A DNA stretch of 64,000 nucleotides from Blepharisma stoltei ATCC 30299 (GCA_965603825.1 CBFDEM010000013.1:372001-436000), one strand, 5' to 3'. Positions 1 through 13,430 are shown, counted from the first letter of the stretch. The notes: generated from the letters alone by a model not told the origin. Made by a program: numbers and translations.

Positions 1-3000
1 TTAGATATACACCTGATCAGTCTCAGAGGGCTTCAAGAGAAGCAAGGGACTTCCCTAATTCTAATTTAGTTCAGCCTACCATTCAATTCGCCAATCCTCC
101 AAAAGCATCAATACCCAATTTCGGAAATAATGAGCTGACTGGGCAAAATCCAAATTTAAATATAAACCCAAATAACAATTATCAGCCAAGGCTTATAAGC
201 GAATTTGAACAGCTGAGAAAACAGCAACCTCATTCTTACCAGCCGCCCTATCAATCTCCTCCAGTCGGTTATTCTCCTCCTTATGTCCAGCCATTTCAGG
301 ATCCAACCCCTCAGCCTCCAATTCCAGCTGAAGATCCAGGAGTCAAATCGCTCAAAAAAGAGCTTAAGAAGCTTAAAAAGAAGCTCAATAATAAAGGAAG
401 GGACGAATTTTACCAAGGCATGCAAGATGCAATAGGCTCTTTCCAAAACAGACTCTCAGCACTAGATAATCCACAGAGCAATTTAAATAGTGAAGTGAAA
501 CCAGCTGAGATGCTTCCTGAAGAAAGAGCTCTAAATAATGTACTTCGACAAGAACAAAGCGATTTAAAGCTGCTGTCAGCCTTACCAAAAGATTCAGATC
601 TTTACCAAGCCAAGCTAGAGCATTATAAAGAAATGTCTCAGATCCGAATGAAGATGGAAGCGATGTTGCAAGAGCTCACAATGCAAAGGATGAAAAAGAA
701 TTTTGATTTAGAGATGGAACTAGAAGAGAGAAAGCTGCAAAATGAAAGATGGGCTGAGGAACAAAAGCGAGGACTAATTGCAGCTAAAATACAGGGAAAT
801 TTAACACAAAATAAACCTATAGCTGCTGACTACTCTCCAGAGACTGGGTTTTTTATTTGTTGGGACTATGCTGTAGGAATCCCAAGAAGATATAAAGAAT
901 GCCAAATCGCATATGGTCTATATGAAAGAGGAGAAGTTAGACTGGAGCCTAGGCTTGTCCCACCTGTAAAAGTAGAAGATGATCCATTTAGTGAATTTAC
1001 TGGAAGAGCTATATTCAGAACAGAGCAAGATATAGCCAGAGTTCCTCCTTTCCCATTAATCAATTTAATTATTGAGTTGCAAGTTGTATCACCTACAATG
1101 GATGGACCAAAAGTAGGAAACTTTGGATGGACAGTACTAGATATTTTTACACACCAGCGAAAATTAATTGAAGGACTTTGGAAAATTCCTATATATAGAC
1201 CGCCTACAGACTCTGCAATTGAATTAAGAGATATTAGAAGTCTCGTCCCTATGCCAAATACTTTTGTTTTTATAAGAATTGTGCAAACTGGCACAAATTC
1301 ACCTTTAATGAATATTCCAGTTGTTCCTGAGGAAACAATGAATCGATATCGAATTCCCCAATCTCATCTTAGAGACAATCCTATGTCAAACAATGGGTAT
1401 CTGCAGCAGCCAACCGGATATCAGCCTATGCCAATTAAATCTTCAAGCCAACTCCCAGACCCTACTCAAGACATACAAAACTACCCTTCAAATCCAACTG
1501 AAATGATCCCACAATCCAGCCCTCTCGCCAGCAAAGGTCTTGCAATAAAGCTTGAAAGTTTAGTCGGATTCTTATCTAGGTCAGTCTTAAAATTTCAAAT
1601 CACTATTCAAGAAGGGGAAAGAATTGTCGTTGATAAAAATGGGAAAAACTGCAGATGGATAAGTGACCCGATCAACACCCTGGATACCGATGTAATTGGC
1701 AGACTAAGCTCAAATCGTCAGTCAGGTAACCGTTCAGTAGCGATGACTCCTGCTGATGAAAGAAGCCGCCTGGCTTCAGGGTCAAGAGGAAATATGAATT
1801 TGACTATAAATAAAGAAACAGTCTTCATCAATGATTTTTATTCAATCGTCCAAAAAACTGACTGGAACGAAGACTTGTATTTGATAATTGAAATTTTAGA
1901 AAGATCCTCACAGAGACTTACAACTGCAGAACTTCAAAGGAAAAACTCATTAGATCTTGAAGCATATTTTGCAGTTGGATGGACAGTTTTCCAATTGACA
2001 AATCCGGACCTAAGAACTTTGAATTATGGGACAGTTGAATTAAATATTTATGAACCTCCAGTTGCGGTCCCAATATATGATCCTCAGCAGCTTAGACAAA
2101 AGGACGGAGCACTTAAGTTAACTGTCGCAGAGCCATCATCTATCTGATCTCCTGACCACAGAAGAAATAGCTCAAATAGAGTCAATCCTCAACGATTAGA
2201 AGCATTTTTAGAAAACTTGGCTCCTCAGTTTGATGATTCAAAGTACTTCGAAAAAGGAGATGGCGTCGACTTCTATGTGGATGGGGCCAGGTTTTTGCCT
2301 GACTCTACTTCTTGCACTAAAATTGTTGTAAAAGGGTTTACTTCTCAGCTTGATAAAGTTGGGATCCCAGTAGGAGGTTTGCCTGATCTCAATTCTTCAG
2401 TTTTTTCACCAATTTTTGGATTTAGGACTGAGTTTCGCTTGCAAACATTTGACCCAACCACCACGATTGTGGTATCAATACTTACTCTTGATGCTATAAC
2501 GAACGAAGTTAGAGTGCTTGGGTATAGTGCAATCAACCTCTTTTTGAAAAAATTCAGGAAAGATCAGCCAGATAATCCAACTGAGCAAGACTTCATTTTA
2601 AATAAAGGACTGTTTCAATTGCCTATTTATTGCCAAGAACCTTATAGAAAGCCTCCATTTGGTCTCCAGTCTTTTACAAAAATGGAAATAATTCCATGCG
2701 CAACACTTCTTGTTAGGATAAGAGATGCTCCGAAATCTGAAAATGGGCTGAGAGTTTTGAGTGTAAAAGATGTGTTGGCAAGCGAATGATACCTTAGAGG
2801 CCTAGTTATTCCTCCTCCAAGGTACGAAGAGAGAGTTTACAATACGTCTATGTGTATGCCTTCTGTTGTAGAAAGATATTTATATGATGAACGGCTTCGT
2901 CGAAAAGACAGCACTGTTAGAGAAGCAACAATTCAGGTCCAAGCAAGAATGGGAGTCAAACTTGACATCAACGATGAAGAAATGCTGAACTGGATTGATC

Positions 3001-3812
3001 AAAAGCTGCAAGTCAACCCAAGAACTCCGATGCTTGACATGAAATACTTCGCCAAGTATAATCCCAAAATGGGTTTTAAAATTGCAATTGATGCTATTCA
3101 CAATATTCCTACAGAAACTCCTCATACTGTGATCATTAGTCTTAATCCACCTGGAAATCTATATTCAACATCCAATATCAGTCAAGATGTTGAATTTAAT
3201 ACAAAATTGGACTGAAATAGCTCAATCAGAACTCCAACATTCTTGGATGGATTCCATACCTATAAAAATGTTTCTTTTAACAGATTCCTGCACATCATAT
3301 TTGATGTTAGGACTATCAACTTATCTAAGAAAAGGCCTGAAGTTATTCCTGTTGGATGAACCATTTTGACGGTCTTTACGGAAGACGGTTATATAAAATC
3401 AGGTATTTATCAATTACCTTTGTTCAAAGGAGCAGTGCCAGTTCCAATTTTGTCCGATCTTACTAATAATGATCCATGGTCATTTATTATGAATGCTGCC
3501 ACTAGACAAGGAGGGCCACAATTTTTGGAGCCTGTTTCTATATTAGTAAGGCTTGTTGATACACAAAGAGATGGACACTTTGCAACACCAATGGAGCTCC
3601 AAAGATTGAATTATCAGTTTATTCCTGAAGCTTTACTAGCTAAGTTCTCATATAATGCAGCCGCAGAACAGCGTGGAAGCCAACAAAAGAGATTGAAGTC
3701 TTTGATACCTTCGAATCAATCTGCAGAAAATTTCTCCAAGAAAATCAATGAAGCAGTCGCAAATGTAATTTTTATTTAGCATTTGGGTTTGAATCATATT
3801 AACATTGCTTAA
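1..3812 (+). CDS. 5'-truncated large coiled-coil protein with multiple C2-like domains (CCDC17-like); 15-nt intron at 3765-3779
   Basis: One frame is open from base 3 when TGA=W, joining track ORFs 420, 2217, 2850 and 3366. It has a coiled coil, then GFFICWDYAVG..IAYGLY, GWTVLDIF..GLWKIPIYRPP and DFYVDGARFLPD blocks. After the intron it ends HLGLNHINIA-TAA. Confidence 0.75.
3765..3779 (+). other. 15-nt spliceosomal intron GTAATTTTTATTTAG
   Basis: GT..AG, 15 nt, A at position 10; removal deletes an in-frame TAG and adds 10 codons. Confidence 0.8.
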
Positions 3813-3896
3813 ATTTTGAAAGATTTCTATATAGATTACTATTAAATTTTGAAAGATTTCTATATAGATTACTATTAAATTTTTTAGATTTCAATA
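3809..3896. repeat. 33-bp tandem repeat (2 exact copies plus a degenerate partial third)
   Basis: TTAAATTTTGAAAGATTTCTATATAGATTACTA at 3809 and 3842; partial copy from 3875. Confidence 0.9.
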
Positions 3897-4296
3897 ATGA
3901 CGAAAATGCATTTCTTTAGTTGCCCATATAAGAAATATATCCCAAAGTTTATTGTCCTTTTCTCTCTTTGTTTGAATTGTCATTACGCATTATCATGCTA
4001 TTTAAATTTTTTTCTTTTCAAATAAAATTGTCTCTTTAGAATTAGAACTTCTTTCAGGTCTTCTTCATATTCGTGTGCAAATTTTGATTGCTTTCCTCCT
4101 TAAGACTTAAATTTTGACATTAAAAGCTAGCACCACCCTCTTGCTCCATTATAAAGCTCAATTTTCAGCTAAATAATTTAATAAATGGATTTACATTATC
4201 ACTTAATTTTGCAAGAAATTCCCAAACAAGCTTCCAATCCTAACCTTGACATAGAAAATATTTATTTAAAATTACCGTTAAATTTATAATTTAAAA

Positions 4297-5490
4297 ATGG
4301 ATTCTTGTGAAGATCAAAATCCTTCACTTATACAAGGCGCAACAAAAAGATATTTCAGCCAAGGCTCAGATTTTACTTATAATCAAAATAAAAAGAGAAG
4401 AAGCAACACTGGAGGCGAAATCTTTGACCAAGGAAGCAGTAGTTTGTCAAACTCTTTTATTGATTCAAAAAGTAACACCTCAATGACTGATACAAGAAGA
4501 AAAAACTTTACAGTTCCGATGCCATTCCAGCTGCACACTGAAATGCGTTCAAATAATAAATGTCTTGCTACTAAAGAAAATAATTCTTCTGAAATATTTA
4601 AGAGGCCGATTTTTAAAGCAAGGCCAATGCCGAAATTCTATAAACCTTTATTGCAGAAATCTGCCTCTCTTACAAGCTTATCTGAACAATCGACTTCTTT
4701 TTCAAATTCTGGTTCAAATGAATTCAAAGCAAGACCTGTGCCCCATTATAAGCCTTTTGAAATTAAAAAAGAAGAAAGAGAATCAATTGCTATTAAACCA
4801 TTCAATTTGAGAACAGAAGAAAGAGGCCTTGAAAAAGAAATGACCTTCAATCAAAAGTTGAGGGCGAAGACCATGGTTGAAAATGAGCTCAGATACTTCA
4901 AAGCGAACCCTAAGCCCGAATTTAAACCAATACCATTAAAAGAGCCTGAAGGGTCCATCACTCTTCCAGATCCTTTTGTGCTTGAAACGGACTTAAGAGC
5001 AAGAAGGAAATCAGTCTCACAAACTACAAGCATTCAGAAGTTTACTGCAAAGCCTATGCCTGATTTTAGTCGTCCTTTCACCCCAGCACATGAAAATAAG
5101 CACTTCATTCAGCCATCCAACTTTGAGTTGTACTCTTCTAAGCGAGCAAAAGAAAGAGAGGCCTTTGAAGTAATGATGAAAAACAAGGAAAATATGATGC
5201 AAATTGAAACTGAGAAACAGAATCAATTAAAGATGGAAATAGAGGCTGAAGAATTGAAAAATTATCGAAAAAGCTTAGAGTTTAAAGCTCAGCCACTGCA
5301 AGACATATCTCCATTTATTGCATCTCGGTCACAAGCAATTCTCACCAATCCTCAAAGCCCTAACCTCGCGACAAAAGAGCGCTCCTTGAAAAGAAGATTA
5401 AACTTTACAAATAGTGAATGTCCTACCACAAATCACTCTTTATTTTCATCTTCTTCCATAGATAGCCACTGTCCGATGGATCTTGATTAA
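4297..5490 (+). CDS. TPX2-like microtubule-binding protein
   Basis: Repeated FKARPMP/FKARPVP/FKANPKP/FKAQPL and PFxLxTxxR motifs; C-terminal FELYSSKRAKERE..EAEELKNYRKSLEFKAQP..PQSPNL block; TAA stop. Confidence 0.8.
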   Translation: MDSCEDQNPSLIQGATKRYFSQGSDFTYNQNKKRRSNTGGEIFDQGSSSLSNSFIDSKSNTSMTDTRRKNFTVPMPFQLHTEMRSNNKCLATKENNSSEIFKRPIFKARPMPKFYKPLLQKSASLTSLSEQSTSFSNSGSNEFKARPVPHYKPFEIKKEERESIAIKPFNLRTEERGLEKEMTFNQKLRAKTMVENELRYFKANPKPEFKPIPLKEPEGSITLPDPFVLETDLRARRKSVSQTTSIQKFTAKPMPDFSRPFTPAHENKHFIQPSNFELYSSKRAKEREAFEVMMKNKENMMQIETEKQNQLKMEIEAEELKNYRKSLEFKAQPLQDISPFIASRSQAILTNPQSPNLATKERSLKRRLNFTNSECPTTNHSLFSSSSIDSHCPMDLD

Positions 5491-5549
5491 ATAGCGTTAA
5501 ATCAATTTTTTTTGTAATTATTTCACTATCGATTTTTAACCAAAATTAA

Positions 5550-6602
5550 ATGGGTAATAGCCAAGCCGAGATCTGCAACGATACGTCTATTCACAAAGCC
5601 ATGTTCAATTTCAAATACATCATAGGCCGCGGTGGATTTGGAAAAGTCTGAAAAGTAGAACTGAAGCGAAGCAAAACCACTTACGCGATGAAAGAAATGC
5701 AAAAGCTCAAAATAGTTTCGAAAAAAAGTGTATATTCAGTTATGAACGAAATGAAACTGTTATCCAAATTTCAGCATCCTTTCATAGTAAACATGCAATA
5801 CGCTTTTCAAGACAAAAGTAACTTATACCTGGCTATGGATTTAATGCCAGGTGGAGACTTGAGATACCATTTTGGGAGGATGAAGAGGTTTGATGAGCAG
5901 CAAACAAAGTTTTTCACAGCATGCATTATGAGCGGACTTGAGTATCTGCATGTGCATGGGATTATTCATAGAGATATTAAGCCAGAAAATATCGTTTTAG
6001 ATGAAAGTGGGTATGCACATATAACTGACTTTGGAATTGCTGGGATTATTAACCCCAAAAATTATAAAGACACTTCTGGAACTCCAGGGTATATGGCTCC
6101 AGAGGTTTTGTGTAGGAAATCACATGGGATTGCTGCAGATTATTTTGCATTGGGGGTGATGATTTATGAATTCATGATGGGCAAAAGGCCTTATGACGGA
6201 AAAAATAGGAAAGAAATTAAAGAGCGAGTTCTTGCGAGGCAAGTTCAGCTAAAAAAATCCGATATCCCAGCAGGATGGTCTCTCGAAGCAGCCGATTTTG
6301 TAAATAAATTAATTCAAAGGAAGCCTGAAAACAGACTTGGAAATAATGGTCCTCAAGATGTAAAGAATCATGTATGGCTCAGAGATTTTCCATGGCCAAG
6401 CTTATATGATAAAACAATGGCTTCGCCTTATCTTCCAGCTAAATCTGATAATTTTTCACCTAATGTAGAACTCGATTTTCCAGGAGATGATGACAGCGAA
6501 GTAAGCCTTAAGCTCGATACAGTACAAGAGATGTTTAAAGGATATCACTATGAATGTAAAAAGCAGAATAGTAAGTCAGAATCAACTCTTTCTAGTCAAT
6601 AA
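5550..6602 (+). CDS. AGC-group Ser/Thr kinase with N-terminal MG (possible myristoylation)
   Basis: ATG at 5550; GRGGFGKV-W(TGA 5649)-KVE, HRDIKPEN, DFG, GTPGYMAPE; paralogue of 10095-11156. Confidence 0.93.
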
Positions 6603-6663
6603 ATGTTTATAGTAATAATATACGCGATGCATCTTAAACAAGCAATTTTTAATTAAAACTGGC

Positions 6664-9405
6664 TTAAGCATTAAGATACATTAGATATACATTATAGAGA
6701 TTCTTTAATCCTTCTGCAAGTCCAAATGAAACTTGTATTTCATCTGTTGCCTCAATCCATTCGATCAGTTTGCCAAGCCCTTTCGCCAAGTTTCCTATTC
6801 ATTCTTTTTCACTTAACTTATCTTGGCTATTTCTGTCATGATTTTCATCAAAATCTTCAAATAGTTTTTCCATTCATTCATAAATTAAAAACAAATTATC
6901 CCCAATAGCATTTACAAATGCATCATCAAGGGTTTGCCGATTAACTACCAAAAGCATCAATGTGTGTATTAGCTCTTGCCTGAAATATCTTTGATATTTT
7001 AATACAGTTGCATCTAGAGCCATTAAATCTTTGTCGGACTCTAAATTTTCTATTAGTGAAATAAGCAATTCTGCATCATAAGAGTATAGCTCTTCTTTAT
7101 AATTTCTCAAAATCTGGCAAGTACTAATTCTTGTTCGGTAGTTGTGGTGATGAATAATGGTATTAATAAGTATTGGTATCAGTTTTTCAGACATATTATA
7201 AAACTTATCTTTATGGAAATCGTAGAATTTAAATAAGGTGTTGCACGAGTCCCATCCAACTTTAGAGTTTTTATGGTGAAGACCATTAATCACTATGCCA
7301 AGCAGTTTTGGAAAATTATCTCCTAGCTCGTCATAGGTAAAAATTTCGAAAAGATTTCCAACTGATATAATAGCGCTGGAAACAATTTTTTCCTTTTTGT
7401 TTTTGCTGTTCACTTCAAGGATGGATGTGATATTTGGAATTCAGCTTAGCGACTGCTTGCTAGTGCATAAAAATGAAAGCGCATATGAGCAGCTGATGTA
7501 AAGATTTTGGTTTCCTGATGTGCTATGAGATAAAGTAAAGTTTATTATTGTAGAAAAATAATCAGCTGGCAAATTACTGTTTCTAGCGAATGACCCAATT
7601 AATTTTAGCACACTGCATCTTAATGGAAAAAGATTCGATTTAAATTTTTGTAGCGATTTGATAAATGAAAAAAGCTGTTCAAGCTGAGAAATAGAAAGCA
7701 TTGGATATAAATTGGCTGAGGATAGCGCAGTAAAGCATAATGCCATTCTTTCGTTGTCATTGTTTTGCATTGCTTTAAACGTTAAGTCTACTACAAATAG
7801 CATTATAGAAAGTGATTTCCCTATTTTAATAATTTCTTCGATAACATCAAATGCACTTGACTGCACTTTTTGGTCTTCGCTATTAATAAACTTCGATAAA
7901 ATTTCTATTAGCCACATATCAGTTCCTATCAATACTTCTGGAAATGACTTTACAATTTTCTCAAAAACTTGAAGTCTTTCAGAATGCAAATCGTCTGCAT
8001 AAAATATGCCTTGAATAAACTGTGGACTCAAAATGAATCTTGCTTCCTCATTTCTTTCACTAAATAAAGCAGCAAATACAGAGAGCAACGCGGATTTTAA
8101 GTTCAAATCATTGCTGCTGATTTTAGAAAAGAAAGCTTTTATCATAGCTTTGATGTGTTTTCTGTCAATAGCTTCAATCCTCATTAAGCTCAGGAGCGAA
8201 ATTGAAACTTTTATCAACGAGCATTCTATTTGTGTGCATTTTTCTTGAGCCAAAAAATGCGGGATAGTTTCAAATAAATTAGATATAGTTTGCTTTATGC
8301 ATTGGTTTAAACTAAACATTGAAGAAATAACAGGAGCTTCAGTCAGGAAGGTATTTAAAGGCGAGCTTTCGATTAAAATCGATATAGTTGAAGCTATAGC
8401 TGCTTTTACTTTAACTGATTTTTCCTGCGCGAAAAGTGAGATCAGTGATTTCTTAGACAACAATGTGTCGAGAGGAGCTTCAAAGGAAGGCAAGAAAAGT
8501 GGCCAGAATGAAAACAGCTGTTTTGAATATTTTTTGAAAAGTATTTGAAGGCAAAATAAAGCAGAGCACTTTATTTTGTTATAATAGAAATCATCGGTGT
8601 TAGAATTGCTTTCACTGTCTGACCCTTCTGTGCTGATGCTCATTAAAGACAAAAGAACTTCTTTTGGCCGATCAGACTCTGATGAAGGCCATAAATAGAT
8701 AATTCTTTTCATAGTAAGCACCAAAGAAAGCACTTTATTTAACTCTTCACTTGGAAAATGAGGCAATGCCAACTGCATTGCCCTCATTACATTACAGTAT
8801 AATTTGTACGTGTGCACCGAATCAATTTTAGTGCTAGAGCTTAAAAGCTCCACAAAATAGAGAAGAATTTCTTTTGCAGGGACAGCTGCAACATCTGACT
8901 TTGAAAGCATATTAGCAATGCAGTTAATTGCGAGTCTGCAAGTCTGCTCATCAAATTCAAAATTGCAGTAAGGAATTACTGCGCTTAAGACTGCGCTTTC
9001 TACTTTGTAATTGTTGAAGCAAGCTGAGTAGCAGAAAGTGCCTAAAGTTTTCAGTAAAACGCTTTGCTTCAGTATCCCTCTTTGTAATTCTTTTGACAGT
9101 GTTGCGATAATCTGTGGCCCACATTGTAGCGGACGTTGAAGTATGACATCACGAATTGAGTAGCTGGAGTTAATGAACTCGCAGAAACTCAGAAATCCTT
9201 GGCCTGATTCTTTTATCAGCGAATATGATTCATTCAGCAATGTGACTAATTCATCCTTGGATATAAGATCTAATTGATACTCTTGGCTTTTCAGGTTTTC
9301 CAAGATTTGTGATGGGTCTTTTGAGTGTTTTAAGGAATTTAGAGTAGATCTTATGAACTTTGCATTTGGCTTCAATTGTGTATGCAAAGGGCTTCTCGTC
9401 TTCAT
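6664..9405 (-). CDS. HEAT-repeat protein, HEATR6/DUF4042-like
   Basis: Continuous frame from ATG 9405 through TGAs at 7441, 6874 and 6799 to TAA 6664. KIKCSALFCLQ..LFSFWPLFLP, KVGWDSCNTL and NYRTRISTCQIL resemble HEATR6 blocks. Confidence 0.7.
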
Positions 9406-10094
9406 TTTAATTGTATTTATGCAACTTTTTCTGGATGGAGACAAAGGAAAATTCTATTTAATTAAGTTTTTAATTATGATTGCAGATATTATAAATAAAG
9501 AAGTGCTGATTATTTTGAGATATTCTTGTGATAAATCAATATTTGCCGAAAGTTTATATCATTGAAAAGTCAAAAAAGGAGCTTCTGATCTGGATAGTGA
9601 AAATATGGAGCATAAATTCATACTTTCAATATCTAGAAAAATTAAATAAATTGATAAAATCAAAAAATAGCATCATTAACTTTTAAATTTAAAAAATATG
9701 AATTTGTTTATAAGATAAAATAAATAATTGTATATGAATTATATTAAGCATTCCTTGCATAAAGATATAGTGCGTTAAATCAGCTATAAGTTTATATTAC
9801 CAAAATAATGTTAGTTTTTAGTCTTAATTTTATTTGTGCTTTACTTTTAAAGCAATATTTAGGAGAAACTATATCTATTAGGTAGGTAATATTTTATACT
9901 ATTAAGCTCCTGTTAGATAAATCCAATAGATTTAAAAGATAAATACGAAAATGGATAAAGAAGAATAAAGACAAGTTATATAGGCCAGAGTGCTGTTCTC
10001 CTCTGAATTGCAAAGTTAAAAAATTATAAATTCTGTTTTTTAATTTTATTTTCCTATTTTTGAGATAAAAAATAGTCAGTGAATTATTATAATA

Positions 10095-11156
10095 ATGGGA
10101 AACACTGATCAAAAACTAGAAACGCTCGGGCTTGAAATTCATAAAAGCTATTTCAGCTTTAAGTGCCCCATAGGGCATGGAGGCTTCGGTAAGGTTTGGA
10201 AAGTAGAACAGAAAAAAACAAAGCAATGCTTTGCAATGAAAGAAATGAATAAGCTAAGAATTATAAGAAAAAAAAGTGTGAGCTCAATACTAAATGAAAG
10301 AAAGCTACTTTCAATAATTAAGCATCCTTTTATTGTAAATATGCAATACGCTTTTCAAGATAAAGAAAATTTGTACTTAGTCATGGATCTCATGACTGGC
10401 GGAGACCTAAGGTATCAGATTTCCAAGTTGCGTAACTTTAGTGAAGAGCAAGTCAAGTTTTTCGCTGCTTGCATTATAAGTGGGCTCGAATACTTGCATT
10501 TGCTTGGAATAATCCATAGAGATATTAAGCCAGAAAATTTAGTTTTCGATAAAAAGGGATATTTAAGGATAACCGATTTTGGAATTGCAAGGACAATTTA
10601 TATAGAAAACTCAAAAGAAACATCTGGAACGCCCGGATACATGGCTCCAGAAGTTATGTGCAGCAAGAACCATGGAATTGCTGTGGATTATTACGCTCTT
10701 GGAGTAATTATTTATGAACTAATGAAGGGAAAGAGACCTTATATTGGGAAAAATAGAAAAGAAATTAAAATGCAAATGCTCTCTAGTCAAGTCCAATTAA
10801 AAAAATCTGACTTGCCTTCTGGGTGGTCAATAGAATCTGCAGATTTTGTCAATAAGCTTCTTCAAAGAAAACCAAAAAATAGATTAGGCTTTAACGGCCC
10901 TCAAGAAGTAAAAAATCATGTATGGCTCAGTGATATTCATTGGGCGAACTTATACACAAAAACCCTCAAATCACCATTTATTCCCTTAGAAGGTGATAAT
11001 TTTAAACCTACAAATAATTTTGGCTTTAAAGATGATTTAGATGCATTTATACCTTTGGATTCCGTTGATGAACTCTTCAATGGCTATTTTTATAACCAAA
11101 ACATTGATGAGTGTAAATGTGATACTACCCAAACAATAAAAATCCGAACCCGTTAA
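10095..11156 (+). CDS. AGC-group Ser/Thr kinase with N-terminal MG (possible myristoylation)
   Basis: GHGGFGKVW, HRDIKPEN, DFG, GTPGYMAPE; TAA stop. Confidence 0.95.
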   Translation: MGNTDQKLETLGLEIHKSYFSFKCPIGHGGFGKVWKVEQKKTKQCFAMKEMNKLRIIRKKSVSSILNERKLLSIIKHPFIVNMQYAFQDKENLYLVMDLMTGGDLRYQISKLRNFSEEQVKFFAACIISGLEYLHLLGIIHRDIKPENLVFDKKGYLRITDFGIARTIYIENSKETSGTPGYMAPEVMCSKNHGIAVDYYALGVIIYELMKGKRPYIGKNRKEIKMQMLSSQVQLKKSDLPSGWSIESADFVNKLLQRKPKNRLGFNGPQEVKNHVWLSDIHWANLYTKTLKSPFIPLEGDNFKPTNNFGFKDDLDAFIPLDSVDELFNGYFYNQNIDECKCDTTQTIKIRTR

Positions 11157-11336
11157 AAGAATGTAAATATACATATATAAATAAAGTAAATAATCTAAAT
11201 ATTCCAATTAAAATAAATTTTTAAAATTAATCAATCTAATATTCAGCAACATAACAAAAAATTGCTGCAAAATTCATATTTTGGATTTTTTACAAAAATA
11301 CTTAAAAATTGTTAATTCTTAAATATGAATTTAAAT

Positions 11337-13286
11337 ATGGATCGGCCAATTGATTGCACGAATAGTCCTGTATTTCAGCATGCTTCATTTACTTTTGACG
11401 AAGATAGCACAATTTTTTCTAGTCAATTTGACTCTGGAAACTTAGCAAGAGTTGAGAGAATCGGAATAGGAATTTATCATCTTTGAACTGGGCCAGATTG
11501 TATAGGAACTAAAGCTGAAAATTCATGCAGAACTTGGTTTTATTTCAAAATGACTGCCCCCCAAGGCCTTACAGTCACATTTACAGTGAAAAATTTAAAT
11601 CTTCAAGGTAAATTATTCAGAGATGGAATGAAGCCTGTAATCAAAACTCCAAACGAAGATTGAAAGAGAATTTGCTCTCCAGTAACATTTAATGTATCTG
11701 GCGATGTAGGGAATATGTTTGAACTTACGTTTATGCACCATTTCCAAGAAAGAGAAGCCTATTTTGCATTTTGCCACCCATGAAGCTACAGTGAACATTT
11801 AAAATTGTTAACTGAAATACAAAATAAAGATGGACACTTTTACTTGCATAGAGAAAATTTAATAAATTCTTTGGAAGGAAGAAAGTGCGATGCTCTAACA
11901 GTATCGAGCTGGGAAGGGATCCTTGACCAAATAGAGGTTCAGATTCCAAGTTTATACCCTGATCCTTTAGAAGTAAGAGCAAAAAGATTTTCTAATAAAA
12001 AAATCGTGATTGTATCAGCGAGAGTTCACCCAGGTGAGACTCCAGGGTCTCACGTTATGAATGGGTTTTTAAAGTTTATCACAAGTGAAGATCCACGAGC
12101 TTGCATGCTAAGAGATTCTTTTGTGTTCAAAATAATTCCAATGCTGAACCCTGATGGCGTTTATAGAGGCCATTACCGAACAGATACAAGGGGCTTAAAC
12201 TTAAATAGATTTTATACGAATCCATCATTATTGGAACACCCAACAATATATGCAGTAAAAGAACTGCTTATGAGCTATCATAAAGAAGACAGTGAATTAG
12301 TGTACTTATATGTTGATTTGCATGGACATGCATCTAAAAAAGGATGCTTTATTTATGGAAATTATATGGATTTTCCTCGTCAAATTGATTCATGCTTATT
12401 TGCGAAATTAATGTCCCTCAATTGTGTCAATTTTGATTTTGAAGGCTCAAATTTTTCAGAGAAAAATATGCATGCGAAAGACAAATGTGGGTTATCTAAA
12501 GATGGAAGTGGCAGAGTTGCTCTATATAAAGCTTGCAATATTACTAGATGCTATACTTTGGAATGCAACTATAATACAGGTCGCCTTATTAATAAAATTT
12601 CACCACTTGACTTACCAGAAAGCGTAGAAAGTGATATTTCTAATGAAATGTACAAAAATGGTCCTCCAGTTTATTCCATACCAATTTATGAAGATGTTGG
12701 TAAGGCAATAGGAATTTCTCTTTTAGACAGCATTGGAAAAAACTGCAATTCAAGAGTATTACAAAACGATCCTGAGCTAAAAAATGTAAGGCTGCAAGTG
12801 GCAGCTTATATAGCTGATCAAATACCTTTTAGGTATGATCTCTCAATTAAAAAAGCTGTTAAAAGCATTGATGACTTAGAAAATTATATTAAAAATGGAG
12901 GAAAACTCACAAAATCCAGACTGAAGAAGCCTAGTGATGAAGAAAGTAAGAAAAGAAGAGTTATTCGGAACAAAACTTCTGTATCTTCTTGTGATAGAAA
13001 AAAAGGGAGTCAAAACTCTGAGCCTGTTAAGAAGCAAGTCCTAGAGAAGGTAAAAGAAATTAATATTGTTCCTGTGAGGAATTATAATTTTCCAAAATCT
13101 TCTCCTGATCTTCCCAGAAGTGCAATCAATAGAGGAAGACAAATTACTAGGACTGTTCTTAATCCCTTTAATAGAGGCTCAAGAAGTGCTAGCACTAAAT
13201 CTTGTGGAGATGAAGCTTCGAAAAGGAGCAAATCTATAGAAAAAGATAGTAAAATGATAACTGTGATTGAAGCTGTTGGAGAGTAA
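11337..13286 (+). CDS. AGBL5: Cytosolic carboxypeptidase (M14 tubulin deglutamylase), CCP5/AGBL5-like
   Basis: FSSQFDSGNLARVE, HL-W(TGA)-TGPDC..RTWFYF, ARVHPGE, PMLNPDGV, NLNR, DLHGH, YTLECNYN; alternative in-frame ATG at 11325. Confidence 0.88.
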
Positions 13287-13430
13287 GTAGCTATATGTGT
13301 TTATATTTAAATAAATTACTAGATTAAAAACTATAGCTCTTACTATCACTTATAAGTTAGGATACTAATATAAATTTATAAAGCAAAGTATTAAAGGCAG
13401 TTGCTAATAATAAAAATAAGATAATTAATC

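Noticed and set aside
3990-4150. Minus-strand coding-like fragment (..AHEYEEDLKEV..)
   Set aside because: Short, interrupted by TAA, and no convincing gene model.
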